From Candidatus Heimdallarchaeota archaeon (GTDB lineage: Archaea; Asgardarchaeota; Heimdallarchaeia; Hodarchaeales; Hodarchaeaceae): DNA of 64,000 nt. Positions 1 to 9,526 of the stretch are shown one piece after another. Made by a program: the position numbers and the translations under genes. Under the pieces are notes generated by a model. The model saw only the letters and a program-made list of their open reading frames with translations. It was not told the DNA's origin and did no database searches. The DNA is taken from the NCBI GenBank assembly GCA_011364965.1, contig RDOB01000002.1, positions 32,001-96,000 on the forward strand. Reading direction: 5' to 3'. Every line of letters begins with the position of its first letter. Positions within the stretch are counted from its first letter, which is position 1.

Positions 1-558
1 CAAATTGAATTATGGTTTATCCAACTAGCTTTATTTTTAGTTATCTGTATTTGGTTTCTTCCTATGGAATTTTATAGATTAAAGATTAATCCAAATACAT
101 GGGTTAATTATATTACACGAGATACGGAGCATGAAGGTCCTGCAAATTATATTTTAACATCATTCATATGGCTAATGATATTACTAGGTGTAAATTTTTC
201 CTTATATTCAATGGAAATTGCTGAACTAGCGTTGGTAGCTACTGTGATTGGGGATTCATTAGCAGCTTTAATAGGAAAAGGTATGGGTAAAATAAATCTC
301 CCTCTGACTGAGAAAAAAACAATTGAGGGCTTTGTTGCTGGATTAGTTGGCACTTATTTAGTTGGATTGTTTTTTCTTTTCGCTATTAATTATCCTTATC
401 CATCTGAAATCATTTTCCTTCCCATTCTTCCAACAATCGCGTGGGGAATCTTTGATTTTTCTGAAGATCTTCCATGGTATTTTGCTGATAATATATTTCA
501 TCCAACCATAACTTTAATTCTTTCGTTTATCCTTAAAATACTGAATATAATCTCCTAG
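1..558 (+). CDS. Dolichol/phytol kinase-like (CTP-transferase family) membrane protein, 5'-truncated by window edge
   Basis: Frame is open from base 1 through the ATG at 64. It has GDSLAALIGK and KKTIEGFVAG motifs typical of dolichol/phytol kinases, plus several hydrophobic helices. Confidence 0.75.
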   Translation, partial: QIELWFIQLALFLVICIWFLPMEFYRLKINPNTWVNYITRDTEHEGPANYILTSFIWLMILLGVNFSLYSMEIAELALVATVIGDSLAALIGKGMGKINLPLTEKKTIEGFVAGLVGTYLVGLFFLFAINYPYPSEIIFLPILPTIAWGIFDFSEDLPWYFADNIFHPTITLILSFILKILNIIS

Positions 559-561
559 GTT

Positions 562-1266
562 TTATTTTTTTATTGGAACCATTTTATTTGAAGCACAGAC
601 CTCGCAACCTTTAATATTAAAGCAGTCTCGGCAGTAAGGGGTATTACAACCAAGATTCCCACATCTCACTTCCGCTAACTTATCACAAACATAACATTTA
701 GTTTTCAACCCTAATATGTCATAAGTACTGCGAAATCGTTGCACACGAAAGAAAATAATAACTCCAATAATGAATAAAACCAATATTAATAAAGGCATGA
801 AAAAGGGGAGATCAAATATTGTGAACGGTGGATTTGATGCATCTTTTAATATTTCTAATAATCTGATTTGATAAAATAATTCTTCACCATAAAATACATC
901 AGTTGTGTTTGTAAAACCTTTCTCTGGAGGAACTACGACGTTATCCTCATCTTCCGCTTTCATTCCTACCAGAGCTTCCATAAATCCTATGTTTGGAGGA
1001 ACTTTGATATCTGGAAACTCCTCTACTATTTTCCCTGGAACTGGTTCCGATGGGTCATTAACGTACACTGTTCCTTCCTGATCATCCTGTCTTACATTAT
1101 TTACCCATAAAGTATAATTTACAACAACAACATCCTGTAATTCTACAACAGTATTAGGAGTGACTTCGAGAGCATAACTCAGCTGCAAAGGACTGTACAA
1201 AATTACAAATAGAGATAATGACAACATAAACCACAGAAATAAGCCAGAATTAGTCTTTAAAGCCAT
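562..1266 (-). CDS. Membrane-anchored FKBP-type PPIase-like protein with C-terminal Cys-rich Zn finger
   Basis: N-terminal signal/TM segment; FKBP-like DVVVVNYTL...GFMEALVGMK...VVVPPEKGF...LFYQIRLLEI; second TM; CxxC-x7-C-x4-C-x4-CxxC-x5-CxxC tail. Confidence 0.7.
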   Translation of the reverse strand: MALKTNSGLFLWFMLSLSLFVILYSPLQLSYALEVTPNTVVELQDVVVVNYTLWVNNVRQDDQEGTVYVNDPSEPVPGKIVEEFPDIKVPPNIGFMEALVGMKAEDEDNVVVPPEKGFTNTTDVFYGEELFYQIRLLEILKDASNPPFTIFDLPFFMPLLILVLFIIGVIIFFRVQRFRSTYDILGLKTKCYVCDKLAEVRCGNLGCNTPYCRDCFNIKGCEVCASNKMVPIKK

Positions 1267-1389
1267 TTAATATCAACAGTAATGCAACTAGAATATTAAT
1301 TATCTTAAGATTTTCCGTTTACCAAAAGATTATCAAAGATTTCAATAATTTAATGCAATTAGGGATTAAATAAATAGTTTTAAGACTAT

Positions 1390-1773
1390 TTGGAGACAAA
1401 AAGAGTGAATAAAGACGCTAAAGTCAAATTCATATTAAAAGGATGGTCCGCTAACAGTACACTTAGTTCCGAAGGGAATGCTCTTATCGCTGAAACTCCA
1501 AGTGATGCGCGCGAGCAGTTATCCCAAGTTAATGACAAGAAAGATTGGATTTTAGTCTGCCCCAGTATAGATTGGTCTTGGTCAGATATTGTCAATGAAG
1601 TTGCAGGAGCTGTAACTGATCACGGAACAAGGGTGAGTAGGGGGTCAGAAGTTTCAGGAATCGTTCAAGTGGCTGCTGTTCTAGGTACTAAGTATGCTAC
1701 TAGTAAAATTCACCCTGGAGATTATATTAAAATACATTGCAAAGGAAATGAAGCATTTGCTAAAGTTTATTAA
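1390..1773 (+). CDS. Stand-alone PEP-utilizing enzyme mobile (swivel) domain, phospho-His apparently replaced
   Basis: ILVCPSIDWSW...AGAVTDHGTRVSRGSEVSGIVQVAAVLGTKYATSKIHPGDYIKI aligns to the swivel-domain consensus (GivtdeGGrtSHaaivarelgiPavvg..at..i..Gd.i.v), with SH changed to SR. Confidence 0.7.
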   Translation: METKRVNKDAKVKFILKGWSANSTLSSEGNALIAETPSDAREQLSQVNDKKDWILVCPSIDWSWSDIVNEVAGAVTDHGTRVSRGSEVSGIVQVAAVLGTKYATSKIHPGDYIKIHCKGNEAFAKVY

Positions 1774-1807
1774 GGTTTTGAATATATAGTTGCTAAAATC
1801 AGGATAA

Positions 1808-2437
1808 TTATCCAGATTCATCAGCTTCTCTAGTGTTTTCTGAGGTGGATTGAATTTCTTGTTCCGCAATCTTTAATTTAACGTAACTTTCCCATTCATC
1901 TTGGTTTTCCTTAAATTTCTTTTCCCATTCCGTATTAAGAAGATTGATTTGGTTTTGACACTCTTCTTGGACTTTACTGAGTTTAGCTTGTAGATTTTGC
2001 ACCATATTTGTCATTTGAGCATACTGCTCGAGTGTAGTTTCTTTTTCTTTTTCTAATATCTTTGTTCGATTCTCATATGAACGGATCTGAGCTTGATAAC
2101 CATCCAGTTCTCCTTTATGTTTCTCTACCCATTCTTTTAATTGTACGAATTCTGTTTCTAGTGCTTCTATCCGTTTTTTACTTACATTTCTAACTTGCTT
2201 GGCAATAGAGATTGAATATTGATTAATAACGTCTTGATTGATCCGATAAATTTGTTCAAATAGTTCTTTTAATAATCCCTCTGCTGACATAAGAGTAATA
2301 CTATTTCTAGCAGAATATTTCCGACCTAAATCCCTGATAAATTCTTCTTGAGTGTCATTCATTTTTTGTTTAGATTCTGTGATAAGAGAATCGAATAGCT
2401 TCATAATATATTGTCCTAAATCTGAGTACTCAGACAT
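1808..2437 (-). CDS. Coiled-coil protein of unknown function
   Basis: 209-aa ORF rich in E/K/Q with heptad-like pattern over the C-terminal two thirds. Confidence 0.65.
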   Translation of the reverse strand: MSEYSDLGQYIMKLFDSLITESKQKMNDTQEEFIRDLGRKYSARNSITLMSAEGLLKELFEQIYRINQDVINQYSISIAKQVRNVSKKRIEALETEFVQLKEWVEKHKGELDGYQAQIRSYENRTKILEKEKETTLEQYAQMTNMVQNLQAKLSKVQEECQNQINLLNTEWEKKFKENQDEWESYVKLKIAEQEIQSTSENTREADESG

Positions 2438-2779
2438 GGGGAAGTGTCACCTATGCAAAAAGCGTATATCCAACGCAAACTAATAAATAATACTGAAACT
2501 AGAAATAAGATTGTTTCTAGATATAATAAATCCATATCTTTAATCAGAATTATAACTCTGTCTAATCTCAATGTCTATGTGAAGATTGCTGAAGCTTTTA
2601 AGAAGATCATTACCCTTATTGAAATTGTGTTTATTATAGGTGACAAATACTTACAATGATATTATTAAATAATGTATATCAATATGTCAATATAAATATG
2701 AATAAGCAAACATTTAAACATAGCAATTGATTAATCGTGTTAGTCAAATTCTAATTGAGATGATGAAGAGGTAGGAATA

Positions 2780-3148
2780 ATGAGTTATCAAGATACTATG
2801 AATTCCTTAATTCAGAATGGTTACATATCAATCGTGACCATATTGGATCCTAATGGTGGCGTTTACTGGACAAATCAGCCTGAATGGCAATTTGATGGTG
2901 CGTCAGTTCTTCAAGCTTGGCAGAATCGTGAACCCGGAGTTAATATCGCAGGAACCCGTTTTTCAACGATGGTAAATGATTGGGATGGTGGTAACTACGT
3001 TGCGCGCAATGTCGGTGGAGCTGGAATTGTTGTGATTGTACGTGCGCCTAATAATTACTATTTCTTAACGTGGACACCTGGAGATGTACAAATACCATCA
3101 ACTAATATCCATGCTGAAGTAGCCAAAATGGCTTCATTATTCAAATAG
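2780..3148 (+). CDS. Profilin (Asgard eukaryotic signature protein)
   Basis: 122 aa; MSYQ..MNSL N-helix, ILDPNGGVYW, GVNIAGTRFS and C-terminal helix match the profilin fold pattern; GAGGTAGG SD-like sequence upstream. Confidence 0.85.
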   Translation: MSYQDTMNSLIQNGYISIVTILDPNGGVYWTNQPEWQFDGASVLQAWQNREPGVNIAGTRFSTMVNDWDGGNYVARNVGGAGIVVIVRAPNNYYFLTWTPGDVQIPSTNIHAEVAKMASLFK

Positions 3149-3335
3149 AGTAAATCTAAATTTTATGTAGGTTTCTCCCCACATTAATTCATTTTATTTA
3201 AGGGAGTTTTTCTAAATATGATACTAAGGGAGCTCATATTTTCTAGTCTATGATAAACAAGATTTAACCATAAATCACTTGTACGATTAGAATCAGGGAG
3301 AAAATAATACATCCGATCGTTATGAGAAATTATAT

Positions 3336-6197
3336 ATGTCTCGTTTCAACACTAAAACTTTGAGTCAGATTATCAAAACATACAGTAACACTAGAGATTT
3401 CTTAGTAAACAAAGAATCAAATATTTCTGATATAAAGATGAAAGTGCAATGTATTGACTTTTTTATGTCAGTAATTTTTTTGATTTGGAGTATGGAAAAA
3501 AACGGAGTTATAAAGAAATTATTTCTTATGTCACAATTAGAAGAATATGATCCAAATCAAAATTTAATGTCTTTTTCCTGTTTTCTTATAGATTCTATTG
3601 AGAAGCTCTTTTTAATAGCAGATTCATCTAATTATTTTACCAAAGAGGAATTTAATATTCTTAAACAAGCAGATCTTCCATTAAGTTGTTTTTATATATC
3701 CAAATCAAAGAAAACAGATGGGATTTTGTCTCAAAATATAGAAATTAATAATATTGAGGCTCTTCCTTTATTTAACCTTTTGGAGTATTTAGATTCATCA
3801 TTTGGAGCGGTCAATGAATATATTTTGGGAAAAATATTCGAATTCTTGTTATCTAAACAAGATCTGAGGAAAAAATTTGGTATCTACTATACGCCTAAGC
3901 AATTTACGGATTATATGTCAAAATTAACGATTGAAAACTATTTTATAGACCAATTAAATATCAAATTTGATATTAAATTAATAAATTTATCTAATTTCTA
4001 TGAGAAATTAGATCTAGATGTGGCAAATTGGGCAATTCATATATTGAAGACATTAAAAATCTTAGATCTGGCGTTAGGAACTGGTCAGTTCCTCATAAGT
4101 GCTATATACCAGCTTTTAGAGATCCATGAGCACGTCAGGAACTTTTACAGAGACAAAGGCTTAATTGAGGTTTTAATACAAGAACTCGAGCTTCAAAATG
4201 ATACCTTCGTTCTTGAAAATTTCCGAAATATCGAAGATGATAACTTTTTTAAGTGTTTAGTGATTAATAAGCTAATAATCCCTCGCAATTTGTATGGAGT
4301 AGACATTAATTTTATAGCTGTACAAATTGCAAAGATTAGATGCTTAATGATAATGGTAAAATTCTTTTCTTCTTCCAAAATGAGAGTTTCACTACTTGCA
4401 AAGATGAATCACAATTTAAAGCAAGGGAATGCATTATTAGGATATCTAGCTTGTCCCAATGATCGTGAAGTATCATATACTTCCTTAAATCAACTGAATT
4501 TAGATTATATAAGCCAATTTGGTATTGAAAGTATTTCGGAAAATGATTTCCCCTTATTTCACTGGTTTTACGAATTTAAGGATGTATTCATTCAAAATAG
4601 TAAATTTCAAGTGATTCTTACCAATCCTCCTTATATAGGAGAGAGTGGGAATAAAAAATTATTTCGTTTACATGCTAAGGCATTATCTGAATACTATGAA
4701 GGGAAAGCAGATCTTTGGTATTATTTCCTGCATAGAAGTATTAATTTATTGTCAGAAAATGGATATTGCACTTTTATTGCTCCTAATTACTGGATTACAG
4801 CGTCGGGAGCATCGTTATTAAGATCTAGGTTAAGTTCTGAGACAACTTTTGTTCGTTATATTAATTTTAATCAAAATTCTGTCTTTAATTCAGCACAGGG
4901 GGTTCATATTAATATTCTAACCGTTAAGAAAGGCATTAACCCTGAACAAAACTTTGAATGCACGGTTTTTAATGATGTTGTAGAAACTAAGGAATTGATT
5001 AAATCTCTCCCTGATCAACAAACATTCATACTTAAGCAGAATGAGTTACTTTTTAATGGATGGGATCCATATTTTCATTTTATCCCTAGAAAATACAGAA
5101 TTATCCTCGAATTTATTATTTCCAAATCTTATAAATTGAAGAATAAAGGATTCTACGTTAAAGAGGGTATTATTACAGGTATGAATACAATTTCGGGAAG
5201 ACAAATATCCCGCTATAATTTATCCCCCGATAAAAAGGGCATTGGAGTGTTTATATTAGATGTAAATCATCCTGAAGATGAAAAGTATATTCAATCTTTG
5301 TCAGAAATAGAAAAATCGATATTGAAACCATTTTATAAAAATTCGGATATAAAAAGATATTATTCAGCATTCAATACTTCAAGAAAGATTCAGTATCTTA
5401 ACAGAAATACCATAAACATAGTCCATTTACCTAGAGTACGTTATTTTCTTGAACAGTTTAAAGAAATCCTCAATGATTCTCTAGATAATCCCCCCTATTT
5501 AAATCGACCCCGAGATCCATTTATGTTTGTATCTCCCAAGATTATTACTCCCCAAAGAAGTAATCTTAATAGATTTGCTTATAATTCTTTAGATTGGTTT
5601 GCTGGACAGGATGTATATTATATTTTAAATGAAAAAAATGATAAAAATGAACTTAAAACTTTACTACTTATTTTAAATTCCAAACTGGCATATTACTGGT
5701 TTTATTGGATGGGAAAAAGAAAAGGGAAACAACTCGAATTATTCAGTGAACCATTGGGATATTTCCCGATTCCTGATTTGAAAGGTAATGATCTCCATAT
5801 ATTGGCTGATTATCTCTTATTTCTCAATTTACTGCATAATGAATCTGAGTCAGCTCGGATTACTAAATTATTAGCTTTTTTTAACAGGTTAGCGGAGCTG
5901 GCTGTTTTCGAGTTCTATTTTTCAGAATTATGTTATAAAAAGGGATTCAGTGAAACAAAGTATCCATTTTCATTCTATATTCAAGAAAATTTAAAAGAAT
6001 TAAATTTTGATGTTATTCTGGAAAATTTCAAAGAGAACTATGATTCAAATAGGAATTTTATTATTCTCTCAGATCAGATTGAAGTGATAGAAGAAGCTTA
6101 CTATAGTTTAAAGACTAATGAAGATATAAAATCCTCCATAAATAAAATTAATACTTTTCCAATGGTAAAAACAATTGCTAAATTTTCGAGCCTCTAA
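3336..6197 (+). CDS. Eco57I/TaqI-like N6-adenine DNA methyltransferase (gamma class) with C-terminal TRD
   Basis: GIYYTP, ILDLALGTGQFL (motif I), LYGVDIN, FHWFYEF, NPPY (motif IV), ADLWYYF, LILNSKL. Confidence 0.85.
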   Translation: MSRFNTKTLSQIIKTYSNTRDFLVNKESNISDIKMKVQCIDFFMSVIFLIWSMEKNGVIKKLFLMSQLEEYDPNQNLMSFSCFLIDSIEKLFLIADSSNYFTKEEFNILKQADLPLSCFYISKSKKTDGILSQNIEINNIEALPLFNLLEYLDSSFGAVNEYILGKIFEFLLSKQDLRKKFGIYYTPKQFTDYMSKLTIENYFIDQLNIKFDIKLINLSNFYEKLDLDVANWAIHILKTLKILDLALGTGQFLISAIYQLLEIHEHVRNFYRDKGLIEVLIQELELQNDTFVLENFRNIEDDNFFKCLVINKLIIPRNLYGVDINFIAVQIAKIRCLMIMVKFFSSSKMRVSLLAKMNHNLKQGNALLGYLACPNDREVSYTSLNQLNLDYISQFGIESISENDFPLFHWFYEFKDVFIQNSKFQVILTNPPYIGESGNKKLFRLHAKALSEYYEGKADLWYYFLHRSINLLSENGYCTFIAPNYWITASGASLLRSRLSSETTFVRYINFNQNSVFNSAQGVHINILTVKKGINPEQNFECTVFNDVVETKELIKSLPDQQTFILKQNELLFNGWDPYFHFIPRKYRIILEFIISKSYKLKNKGFYVKEGIITGMNTISGRQISRYNLSPDKKGIGVFILDVNHPEDEKYIQSLSEIEKSILKPFYKNSDIKRYYSAFNTSRKIQYLNRNTINIVHLPRVRYFLEQFKEILNDSLDNPPYLNRPRDPFMFVSPKIITPQRSNLNRFAYNSLDWFAGQDVYYILNEKNDKNELKTLLLILNSKLAYYWFYWMGKRKGKQLELFSEPLGYFPIPDLKGNDLHILADYLLFLNLLHNESESARITKLLAFFNRLAELAVFEFYFSELCYKKGFSETKYPFSFYIQENLKELNFDVILENFKENYDSNRNFIILSDQIEVIEEAYYSLKTNEDIKSSINKINTFPMVKTIAKFSSL

Positions 6198-6961
6198 ACA
6201 TCTCTCTTTCCTCCTTTAAGCTGTGAAATATGATCAACTACAGATGTCAAAAATTCTCCAGCTTTCGCTTCTATACGGATATCTGCTAGCATATCTAGAT
6301 CCGTTGGGCCGGAATTAACAATAATAAAAAGTGCACCTGATCTTTGTGCAATAACAGGTATTTCTGCTGCAGGAAAAACACTCAAAGTTGACCCGATTGC
6401 AAGAATAACATCACTTCTAATTGCATGGCTTCTCGCAAGTTCCATTTCTCTTTCAGGCATGGGATCATTGAAGTTGACAACTGAAGAAATTATTCTACCT
6501 GAACAGTACGGACATTTTGGTTGATTCCCCTTTATTTTTTCAGTTCGATACCCTTTCCCATGTTCTTGATCATCCCACCCAATCTCTCCCTTTTGAAGTC
6601 GTTCATCACAATCCATACATTTCATAAGTTCAAAATTACCATGCAATTCAGCTAAAAGTTCTTGCGGGATTCCTGACTTTAAATGGAGATTATCAACATT
6701 TTGGGATATGAGATATTTTAGAATACCCATTTTGTAAAGATCCACGATTGCAAAATGAGCTGTATTTGGTTCGATTAGTTCCATAGGTTGTTTTAGAGGT
6801 TTAGGTTTCAGCCCTTTCTCACGTAATGTCCATACACCTTCTGGTCCTCTATAATCTGGCAATCCTGATTCAGTTGATATGCCAGCTCCCGTAAAGATTA
6901 CAAGATAACTAGAAGAGTTTAAAATTTTAGCAATTTTCTGGATTTCTAAATTCAAATTCAT
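6194..6961 (-). CDS. NAD-dependent protein deacylase, Sir2 family (class IV, SIRT6/7-like)
   Basis: GAGISTESGLPDYRG, SQNVDNLH, ELHGN, CxxC...CxxC Zn site, GSTLSVFPAA, IVN. Confidence 0.92.
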   Translation of the reverse strand: MNLNLEIQKIAKILNSSSYLVIFTGAGISTESGLPDYRGPEGVWTLREKGLKPKPLKQPMELIEPNTAHFAIVDLYKMGILKYLISQNVDNLHLKSGIPQELLAELHGNFELMKCMDCDERLQKGEIGWDDQEHGKGYRTEKIKGNQPKCPYCSGRIISSVVNFNDPMPEREMELARSHAIRSDVILAIGSTLSVFPAAEIPVIAQRSGALFIIVNSGPTDLDMLADIRIEAKAGEFLTSVVDHISQLKGGKRDV

Positions 6962-7076
6962 ATAGGAACCGCCTATAATAAAATAAAAGTTAAATAAGAT
7001 AGGAAATGGGTTATATGAGAGAATTATTTAGGAATTTAAGGATATTCTTAATACCTTTGTTACTTAATAGAATTTT

Positions 7077-7373
7077 TTAACGCGTTATAAAACGATCCTT
7101 TATCATTGGGTTGATTATCCAATAGCACCTCCGAGCATCATATAAATCATGTATTTTTATGACAAGATCCTCAGCTTTTAATTTCTTAAGGGCATATCTT
7201 ACAGTTCGGGGAGAATAATTAGAGATATTGGCGATCTGTTTAGACGAGGAAAAGTTATTTGACTCTAATTCTTTTCTGTGAAGAATAGAGTAGATTTCAA
7301 TTGAAGAAGGAGGTAAGCTCATTAATTTCGGAACTATTGTAAGATCAATGCTTTTCATCCTTGGAATCCTCAT
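7077..7373 (-). CDS. Small winged-helix DNA-binding protein
   Basis: LPPSSIEIYSIL...KQIANISNYSPRTVRYALKKLKAEDLVIK...DARRCYW fits an archaeal wHTH. Confidence 0.75.
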   Translation of the reverse strand: MRIPRMKSIDLTIVPKLMSLPPSSIEIYSILHRKELESNNFSSSKQIANISNYSPRTVRYALKKLKAEDLVIKIHDLYDARRCYWIINPMIKDRFITR

Positions 7374-7393
7374 TTTTCCATTTTTATAAAGTG

Positions 7394-7412
7394 ATTCTCA
7401 TTATGTGAGAAT
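7394..7412. promoter_or_regulatory. Palindromic operator candidate ATTCTCA-N5-TGAGAAT between divergent wHTH genes
   Basis: Perfect 7-bp inverted repeat with 5-bp spacer in the 137-bp divergent intergenic region. Confidence 0.5.
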
Positions 7413-7510
7413 GAATCTTATAATATATAAAAGATTATCCATAGAGACGAAAGGTTCGTTTCAGCCGAAAACGATTTATAAGTCAAGAACGCATCTTAAT
7501 GTGAAGATAC

Positions 7511-8263
7511 ATGAAGTTAAATGATACTGATTCTACCGAACAGGAAGTTCGAGATCTTCTCGATTATGAGCCTATTTTACTAAAAATAATTGAAGATGAA
7601 GCAATTCTAGAGGTTATTGAAGATGCTAACCTTTTTCCTATTGCGACTATTCTTAGGAATGGACCTATGACTGTACAAGAGATTGTTGAGAAATATAATC
7701 AACCAAAAAATGAAGGTGAAGCCAAAAGGAAAGCAGAAAATAAAAAATATATAACTATCTTTGGGGTAACAAATAAATCTGATAAAACAATTTATCGTTA
7801 TTTGAGTACACTCGAAGAGATGGGGATAATTGTACATGGAGGACAGAGAATTTCAGAGAAAAGTGTGAATATTAAAACCTCCTCTGATAAAAAAACACGT
7901 GTAGTTACTGAGAAGCTTTACATGCGTTCTGCCCATATTTTTGAAAGAAAAAACATAGAATGGATGTCTAAAAAAGGAGAAGAATGGGCTAATCAGTTTG
8001 GAATATTTATTAGTCGGATGATTGAGGGAGAAAATACTGTTTCTGTTGACTGTATTAAGAAATTTTTTGATAAATGGGATTCAGCAAAAACAAATTCACT
8101 TAAAAAATTAGCTGTGACTGCTCCTGATAATCTTTTGCCTATATCTATTATAACAAAATGGCAAGATATCGTTGAATTTATGGATCGCGTTTATATATTT
8201 GGTACACTTATGGATCAGCCAGAGCTCTTAGATGAACTCCGAGAATGCTTTCAAAAGAAGTAA
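7511..8263 (+). CDS. ArsR-like winged-helix regulator with helical C-terminal domain
   Basis: ILRNGPMTVQEIVEKYN...SDKTIYRYLSTLEEMGII...TEKLYMRSA. Confidence 0.7.
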   Translation: MKLNDTDSTEQEVRDLLDYEPILLKIIEDEAILEVIEDANLFPIATILRNGPMTVQEIVEKYNQPKNEGEAKRKAENKKYITIFGVTNKSDKTIYRYLSTLEEMGIIVHGGQRISEKSVNIKTSSDKKTRVVTEKLYMRSAHIFERKNIEWMSKKGEEWANQFGIFISRMIEGENTVSVDCIKKFFDKWDSAKTNSLKKLAVTAPDNLLPISIITKWQDIVEFMDRVYIFGTLMDQPELLDELRECFQKK

Positions 8264-8484
8264 AAATATATTTTTACTAGTTCTGGTTAAGTAAATAAAA
8301 ATGCAACTCTCGATGTGAACTATGAAAAAGTACTTGGAAAATTTGGATGGGGATTTAAGCTCCGTCTAAATCTTTATTCCAACAATCTAGTATAAACTAT
8401 TCCCTAGAATGAGAAGTTCTCGTTTAGACAATGAGCTTGAGTTACCAATCTTTGATAGATCCATTAATGTAGCACCAAAGAATA

Positions 8485-9378
8485 TTAAGAATTAATAAGC
8501 TTTTGAAGTCTTTTTACATAAGTCGAATTTTCAACTTTTTCTTTAAATTCCTGAGCATTTAAAAACCACCATACGTTCCACAATGCTCTATTTTTCCATC
8601 CTAAAGTTCCCCTTAATGTCAATTGCTCATAATTCTCAATAAATGGAGGTGAGTAACATTCAAATAATCTCTGATTCAAACCCTTTCCAAATTTCTTTTT
8701 ATAGAGCGCTTCATGAATATAAACAGATCCTTCGGGTGTATAACAGGAACACATAGCTGCATTTCTCCTCCATCCAATCCAGTCAATGGAATAAAGGTGG
8801 TTAAGAAAAGCAATTTGATGATATGGGCTACCTATTCCAAATCCATGGAAAAAGCAGTCTGAGCTGCTTTTTAAGATTCCCAACCACTCTGCAATTTCAT
8901 ATACACTACCTTTCTGGTTGATTTTTAAAGCCGGGACGACTCCTCCAAGCCCAATATATTTTTCGGATTTATAGTAATTCAAATTATCCGGATAATGTAC
9001 TACAGGCAAAATATTCATAGCAAATTTTCGATTTAATAGCTCCCAATTCCTCTTAGATTTCCTCGGATTACCAATTGAATCAAGATTAACTACTATATCT
9101 TCGGAACCTAGATTAATTCTCTTGAGAAATTGAACGTATTTAGAGATAGAAATTTCAACTCCAGAATTGAAAGCCGAATAAGCACCTGAATCAACAATAA
9201 TCGAACCATCCCAAGAAAAAAATTCCTTTAAACCTGACTGGATAATTTCAGATGTCTTTTTTCTGAAATTCCAGAAAGAAAATATAATTCCGACATCCAA
9301 TTTTTTCATTTTTTCCATGATTTTGACTTCTTCTAACCAAGGATACAGTCCTGGAACAATTCCTAAGTACAACTTCAT
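8485..9378 (-). CDS. TGT/DpdA-like guanine transglycosylase-fold protein A
   Basis: IIVDSGAYS, VNLDSIG, LPVVH, IGLGG, HGFG and SIDW appear in the order of the TGT catalytic barrel; no PUA domain. Confidence 0.7.
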   Translation of the reverse strand: MKLYLGIVPGLYPWLEEVKIMEKMKKLDVGIIFSFWNFRKKTSEIIQSGLKEFFSWDGSIIVDSGAYSAFNSGVEISISKYVQFLKRINLGSEDIVVNLDSIGNPRKSKRNWELLNRKFAMNILPVVHYPDNLNYYKSEKYIGLGGVVPALKINQKGSVYEIAEWLGILKSSSDCFFHGFGIGSPYHQIAFLNHLYSIDWIGWRRNAAMCSCYTPEGSVYIHEALYKKKFGKGLNQRLFECYSPPFIENYEQLTLRGTLGWKNRALWNVWWFLNAQEFKEKVENSTYVKRLQKLINS

Positions 9379-9526
9379 TTTTATTCACAATAGTTGGTTA
9401 AAATTAATTCTAACCTAATTTCTTTGATTTGGATTTTTATTTGCAGGAAAATCCTAAGAATTCAAAAATAATTCAATATATGGTTATTTTATTCTTACTA
9501 AAAAGCTTAAAGAGGTATAATTTTCC

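Noticed and set aside
2444-2659. 71-aa ORF between the coiled-coil gene and profilin
   Set aside because: Lies in an AT-rich divergent promoter region and has no recognisable features; probably spurious.
6194-6961. Sir2 as an anti-phage NADase (Thoeris/DSR-type) beside an MTase
   Set aside because: It has the Zn-binding module and full deacylase motifs of classical sirtuins and is convergent with, not co-transcribed with, the MTase.
8264-8484. Coding-like fragments between the wHTH gene and TGT-like A
   Set aside because: Short frames with stops and no identifiable family.
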